Source: Nitrososphaeraceae archaeon (GTDB taxonomy: Archaea; Thermoproteota; Nitrososphaeria; Nitrososphaerales; Nitrososphaeraceae). From it: 30,016 bases of DNA. This document shows, one piece after another, positions 9,570 through 19,111 of the stretch. Each line of letters opens with the position of its first letter. Position 1 is the stretch's first letter. A program made the translations under genes and the position numbers. The notes under the pieces were generated by a model. The model made no database searches. It was not told where the DNA came from and saw nothing but the letters and a program-made list of their open reading frames with translations. The stretch covers positions 1 through 30,016 of the forward strand of contig JBIOZG010000059.1 of NCBI GenBank assembly GCA_044870765.1. The letters run 5' to 3'.

Positions 9570-9686
9570 TGTTTACTATGCTATGTTACGCCTTTGCCAA
9601 AAACCTTCCTAAATGCATGAGAACTTGACTGATGAATGAAATTCACTGATATCCTTTTGGTTTGCCGACTAGATTTGATGAGCAAA

Positions 9687-10778
9687 TTATTCTATAAACT
9701 GAAACCTTCGCCTGCTTTTCTTTTGAAGAGATCCAACAATAGGTATGCTCTTTCCACATTGTTTGCAACAATTTCTATCATCCAAGTTCCATCCCTCAAT
9801 GTTGAATCCATATCTTTGAATTACTAAATTATTACATTCAGGACAGTAAGTGCTTTCCAACTTATGTCCTGGGACATTGCCAATGTAGGCATAGTTCAAT
9901 CCAGCTTGTTTTGCTATTTCATAATGTTTTTCCAGAGTCAAAACAGGAGTTGATTCAAACTCCATCATCTTGTAGTCTGGGTGAAATCGCAAAAAATGGA
10001 CCGGAGTGTCAGGTCCAAGCTCATCATAAACAAACTTGCAAAGCTGTCGTGCAGAATCCAATTTGTCACCAACTTGAGGAACGATAAGATCAGTTATCTC
10101 TACATGAATATCAGTTTTTGATTTTATTTCCTTTAGAGTTGAAAATATCGGGTCTGAATTAGGAATTCCTATGTAGCGTCTTACAAATTCTTGATTTCCA
10201 CTACCCTTAAAATCAACAGTAATGCAATCCAAAAATTTCGACATCATATTAACTGATTCGGGGGTATCATATCCATTAGACACAAAAATGTTAAAAATTC
10301 CTTTCTTATGTGCTTCAATACCGCAGTCCTTTGCAAATTCCATAAAAATTGATGGCTCATTATAAGTATAGGCGATACCCTGTGCACCATAAAGCTGTGC
10401 GTTTTCCACAACCTCTGACGGAGTCATTTCGGTTCCTTCTATTTTTCTTCTCTGAGAGATGTCAAAGTTTTGACAGTATTTACAAAGCCAATTGCATCCT
10501 GTCGTAGCAATTGAATATATTGATGAGCCGGGGTTGTAATGAATAACAGGCTTCTTCTCAATCGGATCTACATGTCCTGCAATTACCCTTCCGTAGACAT
10601 ATAGCCATAATTTCTTGTGATTAACACCTCTAATTCCACAAAGGCCTATTTTTCCTTCGGGAATTTCACATTTTCTGGCGCAGGCAGTACATCGAATTCT
10701 GCCATTTTGTAGCTCTGTGAACAGCTCAGCTTCTTTACCAATTATTTCTACAGACGCCATCATAATCATATTAGGCAA
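9687..10778 (-). CDS. amrS: AmmeMemoRadiSam system radical SAM enzyme
   Basis: N-terminal CTACARKC..G.CG.R, DPIEKKP, radical SAM motif CNWLCKYCQN, YTYNEP, RFHP and C-terminal CPEC/CKQC. Confidence 0.92.
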   Translation of the reverse strand: MPNMIMMASVEIIGKEAELFTELQNGRIRCTACARKCEIPEGKIGLCGIRGVNHKKLWLYVYGRVIAGHVDPIEKKPVIHYNPGSSIYSIATTGCNWLCKYCQNFDISQRRKIEGTEMTPSEVVENAQLYGAQGIAYTYNEPSIFMEFAKDCGIEAHKKGIFNIFVSNGYDTPESVNMMSKFLDCITVDFKGSGNQEFVRRYIGIPNSDPIFSTLKEIKSKTDIHVEITDLIVPQVGDKLDSARQLCKFVYDELGPDTPVHFLRFHPDYKMMEFESTPVLTLEKHYEIAKQAGLNYAYIGNVPGHKLESTYCPECNNLVIQRYGFNIEGWNLDDRNCCKQCGKSIPIVGSLQKKSRRRFQFIE

Positions 10779-10958
10779 AGAACTTTATAAATCAGACTAG
10801 AGCAGGTAGACGAGATTTTATTAACATCTACTGCATGGCAAAATGTATATCATGGCAATATCCAGTTTTTTGCTCGTAGATTAATTCCACTGGAAATGTT
10901 TCCTTTAGGATCAACATTATAGGGTCCATACCAAAGACTATAAGATAGCGAGCACAAG

Positions 10959-10966
10959 TTTTATAT
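10959..10966 (+). promoter_or_regulatory. TATA box of tRNA-Glu
   Basis: TTTTATAT lies about 26 nt upstream of the tRNA 5' end. Confidence 0.55.
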
Positions 10967-10991
10967 GAAGAAAATAATCCAATTTTCTATC

Positions 10992-11067
10992 GCTCCGATG
11001 GTGTAGGCCGGTTAAGCATTTCGCCCTCTCGAGGCGACGATCCCGGGTTCAAATCCCGGTCGGAGCA
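10992..11067 (+). tRNA. tRNA-Glu(CTC), intronless, CCA not encoded
   Basis: Acceptor stem GCTCCGA/TCGGAGC plus discriminator A; anticodon arm TCGCC-CTCTCGA-GGCGA; T arm CCGGG-TTCAAAT-CCCGG. Confidence 0.97.
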
Positions 11068-11235
11068 TTGAAACTACAAGATTCTGCAGTCCGGTAAAAT
11101 CTCTTCATCTACACTTGATTTAACTCAAGAGTTATAGGGGGACTACCAATGTCATCATTATCTTGTAGCACTTGAAATGAGAGGTGTGCAAAGATATTAT
11201 TCTTGCTTCTAATCTAATTCTGTTTTTTTAAAGAA

Positions 11236-11409
11236 CTAACGACTTGGCACTATTGTTTTTTTCCGAATTATTACTGAATGCCCTTCTTTGACATGGTAAT
11301 AGTAATGAAGTTTAGACAATTCATCAATATTGGCATCGGAGAAGTAATCTTCATTGTATTTAGCCAAAATTATTTTGCAGTCTTGACAGTAGATCTCTTT
11401 AAATGACAC
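11236..11409 (-). CDS. 57-aa putative zinc-binding micro-protein (CxxC...H..H..GH), not in ORF track
   Basis: GTG start; MSFKEIYCQDCKIILAKYNEDYFSDANIDELSKLHYYYHVKEGHSVIIRKKTIVPSR*. It starts 37 nt after the endA stop on the same strand. Confidence 0.7.
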   Translation of the reverse strand: MSFKEIYCQDCKIILAKYNEDYFSDANIDELSKLHYYYHVKEGHSVIIRKKTIVPSR

Positions 11410-11446
11410 TCCTTACATTTAGCATTTTCAGACCCTTTTTATTTAA

Positions 11447-12043
11447 CTATTTTCTTTCCTTTAGCGTCAGAGTTGTCTCTTGTTTTTTATTTTCATTAAA
11501 CCTCATGTTACTGAGTTTATAATAAATTACTTCACCGCGTCTTTCAACTACTGCAGCTATTGCACTTTTCCCCATTGTTTCTATTTCACGTACATTTTTT
11601 GAGAGCTCACCGACATTGACGTTAATACCTTCATTAACGCAAAAGACGACAAATTTTGCTTGTTTCTTTTCATATCCACCTCTTTCATACACTCTGAAAT
11701 CCGTACCAAATCCAAACCCTTCCTTTGCAACGTATCCCCTGCTTCTTAAGTCCCTATATACTAAAAATTTTGTAACGATATCCTTATCATATTTTAATAC
11801 GTGTTTGAGAAGATCGCTAAAGTTGACCACACTCCCATTTGTTATGATTAACTTGTTAAGGTAGAGAAGATAGAGAGCCTCGTATGTTTCTAACAAATAA
11901 TTATTATCATCTTTGTCGCCAAATCCTTTATTGCGAAGCTGATCTTGAGATCTTGAATCTTCAATCTTTATCATGCATTTTCTTGTCAAGGCCCCCTCGA
12001 TTACATTTTGGAATTCAGTGTTTTGATCTGCTTCTGAAGACAT
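11447..12043 (-). CDS. endA: tRNA-splicing endonuclease subunit, probably the structural (non-catalytic) subunit
   Basis: Motifs EALYL, VYRDLRSRGY, GFGTDFRVY and AVVERRGEVIYY. There is no catalytic His after DFRVY. Confidence 0.88.
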   Translation of the reverse strand: MSSEADQNTEFQNVIEGALTRKCMIKIEDSRSQDQLRNKGFGDKDDNNYLLETYEALYLLYLNKLIITNGSVVNFSDLLKHVLKYDKDIVTKFLVYRDLRSRGYVAKEGFGFGTDFRVYERGGYEKKQAKFVVFCVNEGINVNVGELSKNVREIETMGKSAIAAVVERRGEVIYYKLSNMRFNENKKQETTLTLKERK

Positions 12044-12097
12044 AACGATTAAATCACTCTGAAAGAGGCATTTAAGTATTAAAACAGGTTATGAGTT

Positions 12098-12613
12098 GTG
12101 AAAGGAGTTAACTATAGAGAAACTAAAGGAATGCCTTATGTAAGGAGGGAATACATTTCTGGGAAACCTCAGCTTAAAATTGCAAGGTTCTCGTCAGGGC
12201 AATCTAAAGCAAATTATGATTATAAGCTTGAATTAATTGTTAGTGAGAAAATGCAGATTAGACACAACGCTCTTGAGGCAGCAAGGCTGGCTGCAAATAA
12301 GAGAATGGCCCAAGCAGGAGATATGAGTTTTTTTTCTAGGCTTACTGTATATCCTCACCTGGTTCTGCGTGAAAATAAAATGATTGCTACTGCTGGCGCA
12401 GACAGATTGCAGGAGGGAATGAGAAGAGCATTTGGCAAGGCCACTGGGCTTGCTGCCAGGGTAAAGCCAGATCAGTCGATATTTGAAGCGTATGTTTCAA
12501 AGGCAAACCTCCAGCTGGCAAAAGACGGTTTCAAAGTTGCATCAAGCAAATTAGGCTGTCCGATAAGTGTCAAGATAACTTCATTAAAAAGCCAGAACGT
12601 TCAGGACAATTAA
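12098..12613 (+). CDS. rpl10e: 50S ribosomal protein uL16 (L10e)
   Basis: Motifs ALEAAR, YPH.VLRENKM, AGADRLQEGMRRAFGK and SKLG. Confidence 0.97.
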   Translation: MKGVNYRETKGMPYVRREYISGKPQLKIARFSSGQSKANYDYKLELIVSEKMQIRHNALEAARLAANKRMAQAGDMSFFSRLTVYPHLVLRENKMIATAGADRLQEGMRRAFGKATGLAARVKPDQSIFEAYVSKANLQLAKDGFKVASSKLGCPISVKITSLKSQNVQDN

Positions 12614-13011
12614 TATTGGATATAAAGTCCCTGACATATCAAGATTTATTTTGATTGTGCAGTACACTTTATGATTTTCAATAAAATATAGCCCGCCCAT
12701 AGCTCGCTATTCAAAGTCGACATGGCTTGCAATGTAAATGAATTACTATGATCTGGTAAAATATAGATTAGTTAAATAAAAATCATTTCAAATTTAAGGA
12801 ACGAGAATCAAGAAATTACTATTTTAATTTCCTAAAGATAGTACGTCTGTACGGCTGACATAAATCATACATTACAATCTAAAAGATGGCGATGAAATTT
12901 TAGTTCGTAGTCTATGATTGAATAAGTAAAATCTTTTTTTTAAGAATGGCTCTTTATGGCTGGCAAATATTTAATGGAAAGGCAATTATATGCTATAGGA
13001 CAATAAGTAGC

Positions 13012-13350
13012 ATGGCAAGTATGAAAAAAGACTTTATTGTAGCACGTATAGAGGCTGCACAGGATGGAGGTCCTTATGTCTACGTCGGTTTCAGTGACCC
13101 TAATGATTACAAGACAGATAAACCAACGAACCCATTCGGTTCAAATGTTATGGCATTTTCATCCCCAGAAGACATGATGAAAAATCTTCCAAAAGCTATG
13201 GGGAATATCTCTAGAATGATGTCCGGTGGAGGTGTTAGTGATTCTCCAACATTCAAAATCAGTGTAAGGGAGTACGAAGATATTGGAATTAGAGTGGGCG
13301 ATAAAGTTACAATAGAAATTCGAAAGTCAGACACCAATCTCTACACCTAA
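13012..13350 (+). CDS. Conserved archaeal hypothetical protein, possibly arcadin-1-like (start revised from 12946)
   Basis: ATG at 13012 (MASMKKDFIV..); the sequence upstream of it looks non-coding. The C-terminus ISVREYEDIGIRVGDKVTIEI resembles the arcadin-1 pattern from memory. Confidence 0.7.
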   Translation: MASMKKDFIVARIEAAQDGGPYVYVGFSDPNDYKTDKPTNPFGSNVMAFSSPEDMMKNLPKAMGNISRMMSGGGVSDSPTFKISVREYEDIGIRVGDKVTIEIRKSDTNLYT

Positions 13351-13444
13351 TCATACCTCTGGAAAAGTTGCAATTCTGCCAAGTGTCCTAAAAATAGGAG
13401 AAAAGTTTATCCTACTAGTGCATAAAAGCCATACTTGGAAATAG

Positions 13445-14632
13445 ATGCTCAGATCTATATCAGACCTTGATGATATTCAATATTATGGAAAGAAAGTCTT
13501 AGTAAGAGTAGACTTCAATATAACAATTAACAACGGTGCTGTTACTGAAGATTACCGCATTAGGAGTGCAATTCCCACTATTGAATATCTCATTAAAAGA
13601 GGAGCAAAGGTCATTTTGGCTTCTCATCTTGGCAGACCTAAATTACGTGATCACAACAACACACTTGCTCCGGTAGCTGTGAGATTGAAAGAAATTCTCA
13701 ACAGGAATGTTGACTTTATTAACGACTGCGTTGGTCCCGCGGTGCAGGCCAAGATCGACAAGCTAAATTATGGCGGTATTTTGCTTTTAGAAAATCTGAG
13801 ATACTATCCAGAGGAGCAGAATAATGATCCTGAATTTTCAAAGTCCATATCCTCATTAGCCGATATTTATGTTAATGATGCTTTCAGCACATCTCACAGA
13901 AAACATGCTTCAACGTATGGGGCTGTAAAAAATTTTGAAATCCGATTGTCAGGATTTAGTTTAAAGAAAGAAATAGAATATCTTTCAATGATAAGATATA
14001 ATCCAAAAAAGCCATTTACACTTGTAATCGGAGGTTCCAAAATTAAGGATAAAATCGGAGCATTAGAAAATTTACTGCCAAAGGCAGATAAATTACTGAT
14101 TGGTGGCGCAGCAGCTTACACGTTTCTTAAGGCAAAAGGATTTAAAATTGGTAATTCACTATTTGACGAGGAACACTATGATTGGGTGAAAAGAGCCCTT
14201 TCGTCATATGGTGATAAAATACTCCTTCCAGTTGATCATATAGTGTCATCCGAGGAAAACTCTTTTTCAACTATTACTGGTGACATACCAGACGGAATGA
14301 GTGGATTTGACATAGGTAATGAAACTTCTATGATGTATTCTTCTGAAATTGGTGGAAACGGATTTGGTACCATTTTTTGGAATGGACCTATGGGAATGTT
14401 CGAAGTCAGTCAATTTTCTGCGGGGACTATGAGTGTAGCAAAGAGCATGGCTCTTGCTTTTTGGAGGGGTGCAATGACACTTGTGGGTGGTGGTGATTCC
14501 ATTGCTGCTCTGAAAAAATCAGGTGTCTCAGAAAACGAGGTAACTCATTTATCAACCGGAGGTGGGGCAACTCTCAGATTTCTGGCGGGAGATAAAATGC
14601 CCGGGATAGAAGCTCTCGAGAGAGCCAATTAG
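13445..14632 (+). CDS. pgk: Phosphoglycerate kinase
   Basis: Motifs RVDFN, SHLGRP, LLENLR, YVNDAF..SHR.HAS, GGSKIKDKI, WNGPMGMFE, GGGDS and STGGGA. Confidence 0.98.
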   Translation: MLRSISDLDDIQYYGKKVLVRVDFNITINNGAVTEDYRIRSAIPTIEYLIKRGAKVILASHLGRPKLRDHNNTLAPVAVRLKEILNRNVDFINDCVGPAVQAKIDKLNYGGILLLENLRYYPEEQNNDPEFSKSISSLADIYVNDAFSTSHRKHASTYGAVKNFEIRLSGFSLKKEIEYLSMIRYNPKKPFTLVIGGSKIKDKIGALENLLPKADKLLIGGAAAYTFLKAKGFKIGNSLFDEEHYDWVKRALSSYGDKILLPVDHIVSSEENSFSTITGDIPDGMSGFDIGNETSMMYSSEIGGNGFGTIFWNGPMGMFEVSQFSAGTMSVAKSMALAFWRGAMTLVGGGDSIAALKKSGVSENEVTHLSTGGGATLRFLAGDKMPGIEALERAN

Positions 14633-14633
14633 T

Positions 14634-16253
14634 TTATGAAACATGTACTTTTATTGAATTAAGGTAGGACATTTCACTATTTTCCGCTCCAATCATCAAG
14701 GCATACTCACGATTTTCTAGATCTGCTGAAGGAGTAAGCAAAAAAGTTACATTCTTTGTTTCACCCGGGCCCATTGAGAATGAATCTTGGCTGAACGAAA
14801 AAGAAGAGTTTCCAAAATTACCCGTATTTGTAAACGTGGATGAAGCAATCATCTTTAGGTCTACTTGCTGGTTAGCCGATACGACCAGGGGTATTTCAAT
14901 AGTTTCACCACGCTTTATATTGAATTCCTTAGAGTTACTATCCACAACAAATGATAGCGGTTTTGAACTATTCAACATGCCTAGTTTGTTTTCTGTCCAT
15001 TCTGAAAACCACAATTGGTTATTTTTTCCTATCGAAAACTGAAGAGCGTTAGATATGCCACAAGAACTTTCATTAGGGGTACAGGGTGCCCATAAGCTAT
15101 TCTGTGTGGGTATCCAATATTCAACTAATGTTCCATTTGTAGGGTTGAATTTTGCGATTTTGTTACCAATATGTTCGTTGAACCAAAGGTTCCCCTTTAC
15201 ATCCATCCTGATCCAGTAAGGCAATGTATAGCTGAAATCCTTTGGAATATTTGCTGAAATCCGCGAAAGTGGCGAAGTACTAAATTCCGAAATTTTGCCA
15301 TTGGTAGAATTAACCATAAAGAAAATACTGGTTCCATGGTCAGTTATCCAGGGGTTACCCTTTTTATCAATAGCAATCCCCACCGGGGAATCAAGATGGT
15401 CAGGTAACTCATAGGGGGTGAATATCTTTGTAGCAAGATCAAACTTGAACAATTGGCCTTTAACTCCGAACGCGAGTACAGATAACCAAATGACATTTCT
15501 GTCTCTGTCAATGTCAATTGAACCAGTACTTACCAAGTCTGGATCTATTCCATTGAATGATGATAGTGGAATAGAAATATTTGAAATACCTAGCGGCGAC
15601 ATATTTTTCAAATCTGAGACGTTTGCCGACCAAAGGGATTTTGATCGAATACCTACGAAATAGATTTCATCATCACCGTTGAATGCAATTGAAACGGGAT
15701 AGATTGTACCAAATGCTGAAGGTCGTTCCGGTACAGGAAAGAAACTAAAATTCTTATTTTCTTGTTCATATTTCCATATTCCATTTTGTTTTTCATCAGT
15801 GAACCAGATATTTCCTTTTGAATCTGTCTTGACATCCCAGGTTTGTGACATGTCAGTGGGCTTTGATCGGCTATCCCAAACAGGGATTTTAAACTCTTCA
15901 CTTTTGTTATTGTTAACATCAAATTTCCCAAGAGTCCCTAATTTGGTGGATACATACCAAACTGAATCGTTATCTGCCAAAATACCCAATGGCATTTCGC
16001 ATTTCTGCGGAAGTAAATATTCAGTAATGAATGAGTTTTTATTGAGAGTAGAATTCATTCCACAAAATTGACTTTGAAACTGTAAGATCGCTTGGTTTCT
16101 TGAAGCACTTTCAGATTTAGAAAACTGATCTGTTTGACCAAATGAGATATTATTTTCACTGAATTCAAATGCTGCAAGAAACACAAAGATAATTGTAATC
16201 GCAATTATGGATACAAGAAGCTCAGCTTTAGCATCGGACCTATTTTTGAACAT
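14634..16253 (-). CDS. Membrane-anchored/secreted Vgb-lyase-like beta-propeller protein with a C-terminal Ig-like domain
   Basis: N-terminal TM; repeated D.KGNIWFT, GN.WF.E and P.GIA.D blades. Confidence 0.85.
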   Translation of the reverse strand: MFKNRSDAKAELLVSIIAITIIFVFLAAFEFSENNISFGQTDQFSKSESASRNQAILQFQSQFCGMNSTLNKNSFITEYLLPQKCEMPLGILADNDSVWYVSTKLGTLGKFDVNNNKSEEFKIPVWDSRSKPTDMSQTWDVKTDSKGNIWFTDEKQNGIWKYEQENKNFSFFPVPERPSAFGTIYPVSIAFNGDDEIYFVGIRSKSLWSANVSDLKNMSPLGISNISIPLSSFNGIDPDLVSTGSIDIDRDRNVIWLSVLAFGVKGQLFKFDLATKIFTPYELPDHLDSPVGIAIDKKGNPWITDHGTSIFFMVNSTNGKISEFSTSPLSRISANIPKDFSYTLPYWIRMDVKGNLWFNEHIGNKIAKFNPTNGTLVEYWIPTQNSLWAPCTPNESSCGISNALQFSIGKNNQLWFSEWTENKLGMLNSSKPLSFVVDSNSKEFNIKRGETIEIPLVVSANQQVDLKMIASSTFTNTGNFGNSSFSFSQDSFSMGPGETKNVTFLLTPSADLENREYALMIGAENSEMSYLNSIKVHVS

Positions 16254-16348
16254 TTTTTAGCGATTCAAATATTTAATATTTGTAATAAGAGTTTTTTTAT
16301 TCAGATACCGATAAGAAATTTAAATAATAAATTTAATTTTCCTATAAT

Positions 16349-16768
16349 ATGAAATCGGTTACAAAATATTTGACATTTCATGTTGAGAAGAGATTCAAAT
16401 TGGTAAATATAACACCTGAGATAGAAAAAATTGTACAGGACTCGAAAATTAGTGATGGACTTTGTTTAGTTAATTCGATGCATATTACATCAAGCATTTT
16501 TATTAACGATGATGAAGGAGGTTTACACGTCGATTTCGAAAGATGGCTTGAGAAGCTTTCACCTCATTTACCCATTAAACTGTACTTACATAATGATACT
16601 GGAGAAGATAACGCTGATGCTCATCTGAAACGTCAAGTGATGGGTCGAGAAGCAGTAATAGCCATCACTAATGGTAAGCTTGATTTTGGACCTTGGGAAC
16701 AAATCTTTTATGGAGAGTTTGATGGTTGTCGAAACAAGCGCGTACTAGTCAAAATTATTGGAGAGTAA
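16349..16768 (+). CDS. yjbQ: YjbQ (UPF0047) family protein
   Basis: Motifs HITSS..IN, H...[10 protein letters not shown] and [16 protein letters not shown]. Confidence 0.93.
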   Translation: MKSVTKYLTFHVEKRFKLVNITPEIEKIVQDSKISDGLCLVNSMHITSSIFINDDEGGLHVDFERWLEKLSPHLPIKLYLHNDTGEDNADAHLKRQVMGREAVIAITNGKLDFGPWEQIFYGEFDGCRNKRVLVKIIGE

Positions 16769-16892
16769 AGTAGACACTTGTGGTAATAGCACTGGGCCAC
16801 ATGGGTTAGTCGAATGCCGATTATTTTCATGTTTTGTTTAGTCATTATGCAGAGTCGATTGATTTATTAGATCATTGCTGTTTTTTGTGTTT

Positions 16893-18281
16893 ATGGAGTC
16901 GTATCGAGTAGACAAAGACTCTTTAGGAGAGGTCAAAGTCCCGACTAATGCATATTATGGACCATTCACTGTGAGAGCTTCTAACCAATACAAAGTAACA
17001 GGTCAGAGCTCACACTTGAATATGATAAGGGCATTTGTAATGATAAAGCGTTCTGCAGCACTGGCAAACAGAGATTTAAAAATTTTGGCTGGAGAAAAAG
17101 CCGATGCAATAGTAAAGGCGTGCGATAAAATACTATCTGGAGATTTATTGGATCAATTTATAGTGGATGCTATTAATTCAGGTGCAGGAACGGCATTCAA
17201 CATGAATACAAACGAAGTTATCGCCAACAAGGCCCTAGAAATTAGTGGACACAAAATCGGTGATTATTCATTTATTAATCCAAACGATGATGTAAATATG
17301 TCTCAATCTAGTAACGATACATTTCCAACAGCTATGCATATTGCGTTATTAATGAATTTGAAAGAAGTTGAAGATTCACTTAATTTACTCATAGCTTCGC
17401 TTGAAAAAAAAGGGGTGGAATTTAAAGACGTCATTAAAATAGGCCGAACTCACCTAATGGATGCGATACCTGTTACACTTGGTGAGGAATTTAGTGAATA
17501 TGCCTTTTCTCTTAAGAGAGGTCTGGATAAAATTGTCGATACAAGTTCTGATTTAGAATATGTTGGCCTTGGGGGAACAGCGGTAGGGACGGGAGCGAAC
17601 GCACCTCCAGGCTACAGCGAGCTGGCGATCAAACATCTATCCCAAATATCGGGATTGAATTTAAAGCCTTCACAAAACTATTTCTTTTCCTTACAGAGTA
17701 AATTTGACATCACAATGTGTTCTTCTATTTTGAGGAACATTGCAATTGAATTAATAAAAATGTCAAATGATTTGAGGTTAATGGCATCTGGTCCTATAGC
17801 AGGGTTGTCCGAAATTACAATACCTGCGGTACATGCTGGCTCGTCTATAATGCCAGGTAAAGTAAATCCATCACTGTCGGAGTGTCTTAACATGATTTGT
17901 TTCATAATAGTAGGTAACGATGTTTCGGTTGCTCTTGCTGCTCAGTCTGGTCAATTTGAATTAAATGTGATGTTACCAGGAATGATAAAAGACATGTTGG
18001 AGTCGACTGATATGTTAAAAAACTTTCTGGGAGTTTATGCAACAAATATGATAGATGGATTGAAAGCAAATGAGCAGAAACTAGCTTCGTTTGTAGAAAA
18101 AAGTCCCATATTGATCACTCTGCTCAATCCGCATATAGGATACCTCAAAGCATCTGAGATATACAAGGAATCTATGACAACCAACAAAAGCATAAGAGAA
18201 TTGATCCTTGAAAAAGGACTGATGACAAAAGAAGACCTGGACAATGCCCTTTCAAAGAAAAAGATTCTTGGTTCAAAATAA
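16893..18281 (+). CDS. aspA: Class II fumarase/aspartate ammonia-lyase family enzyme (ATG start at 16893 preferred over 16875)
   Basis: Motifs DSLGEV.VP, GAGTAFNMN.NEV, SQSSNDTFPT, GRTHLMDA and signature GSSIMPGKVNP. GAGT is aspartase-like, but fumarase activity is not excluded. Confidence 0.85.
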   Translation: MESYRVDKDSLGEVKVPTNAYYGPFTVRASNQYKVTGQSSHLNMIRAFVMIKRSAALANRDLKILAGEKADAIVKACDKILSGDLLDQFIVDAINSGAGTAFNMNTNEVIANKALEISGHKIGDYSFINPNDDVNMSQSSNDTFPTAMHIALLMNLKEVEDSLNLLIASLEKKGVEFKDVIKIGRTHLMDAIPVTLGEEFSEYAFSLKRGLDKIVDTSSDLEYVGLGGTAVGTGANAPPGYSELAIKHLSQISGLNLKPSQNYFFSLQSKFDITMCSSILRNIAIELIKMSNDLRLMASGPIAGLSEITIPAVHAGSSIMPGKVNPSLSECLNMICFIIVGNDVSVALAAQSGQFELNVMLPGMIKDMLESTDMLKNFLGVYATNMIDGLKANEQKLASFVEKSPILITLLNPHIGYLKASEIYKESMTTNKSIRELILEKGLMTKEDLDNALSKKKILGSK

Positions 18282-18329
18282 TAATCGATATATTAATTTG
18301 TGTGATATTGATATGTTTTCGTGTTTAAT

Positions 18330-18355
18330 TCAATCGATCAATCAATCAATCAATA
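18330..18355 (+). repeat. (TCAA)n tetranucleotide microsatellite upstream of the 18380 gene
   Basis: TCAA TCGA TCAA TCAA TCAA TCAA. Confidence 0.7.
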
Positions 18356-18379
18356 AATGTATAGAGTGAGATCGACTAG

Positions 18380-18769
18380 TTGGTGGATAAAAGAATCTTA
18401 ATCACCTTATCCTTTGGAATATTGGTAACACTTGTTGTTTTTTTGGGTCTCCAGGATTCTCTAAATCGACCCTCGTTGTCGAGGTTGCCAATTTCTGCAG
18501 ATGCGGCCATAGTAAGGGTAATCAGCACGTACAATATATCAGAAGACCGGTTAGACAAGCCTCCCCGCTATGTTTATGTAAAGGCTGATGGGAATGTGTA
18601 TGAATCAAATCCGGAACAAAACAATATTGGAGAAATTATTGGTCATACGGATACTACTAATACTGGCGGTAGTCATTTTGCATGGGAAATAAATGACTTG
18701 CAAGGGAAGCAAAAGTACTATGTTGATGCGGTAATCGCCGAAATAATTTCTAACTCTAGTTATAATTGA
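18380..18769 (+). CDS. Membrane-anchored hypothetical protein (PepSY-like C-terminus); target gene of the integrated element
   Basis: N-terminal TM, and AWEI....YYVDA....I near the C-terminus. The last codons overlap attL. Confidence 0.75.
   Translation: MVDKRILITLSFGILVTLVVFLGLQDSLNRPSLSRLPISADAAIVRVISTYNISEDRLDKPPRYVYVKADGNVYESNPEQNNIGEIIGHTDTTNTGGSHFAWEINDLQGKQKYYVDAVIAEIISNSSYN
18748..18764 (+). mobile_element. attL: spacer TTCTAAC plus element arm TCTAGTTATA
   Basis: TAACTCTAG is repeated at 23782-23790. Arm 18755-18764 is the exact reverse complement of 23769-23778. Confidence 0.8.
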
Positions 18770-18868
18770 TTTAACTAATCTCTAATAATTTAGAATTTCT
18801 TAGTATGAAGGTAATAAGGGGTATTTTTCTTCCAAGCATTATTTGCTTAACTGGAATAATATTATCCC

Positions 18869-18924
18869 CCTTCCCTTGTTGGTGATTTAGATATTAAATT
18901 GAATGATTCATGATAATTTGTATG
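18869..18924 (+). promoter_or_regulatory. Promoter copy 1: CCTTCCC-N16-TATTAAA-N23-ATG
   Basis: Same architecture and spacing as 19056-19111 and 20250-20305. Confidence 0.6.
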
Positions 18925-19035
18925 GGCCAAACAATTCCATCGTATATCCTTGCATCAGACAGGAAAAAAAGAAAAAAGTCTCCAATTGTCGCTAAATGTT
19001 TGCATTTTGAATATAGAATTACTCGTTTCGATTAA
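18922..19035 (+). pseudogene. Truncated duplicate of the 19109 gene (MGQTIPSYILASDR..., 37 aa)
   Basis: About 100 bp (18866-18963) is a diverged direct repeat of 19053-19150. Similarity is lost after about codon 14. Confidence 0.75.
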
Positions 19036-19055
19036 AAGTATCCTTTTACCCTAAC

Positions 19056-19111
19056 CCCTCCCACACTGGTGATCTATGTTTTAAATTGAATGTTTCACGA
19101 TAATTTGTATG
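19056..19111 (+). promoter_or_regulatory. Promoter copy 2: CCCTCCC-N16-TTTTAAA-N23-ATG
   Basis: Same architecture as copy 1. Confidence 0.6.

Noticed and set aside
10992-11067. tRNA-Glu as the integration site of the integrase
   Set aside because: I saw no duplicated tRNA 3' fragment, and the element ends are explained by the 18751/23782 sites.
12614-13011. ~400-bp intergenic gap after rpl10e, as a possible ncRNA or small ORF
   Set aside because: Only short stop-interrupted frames and weak hairpins were found; nothing is supportable.
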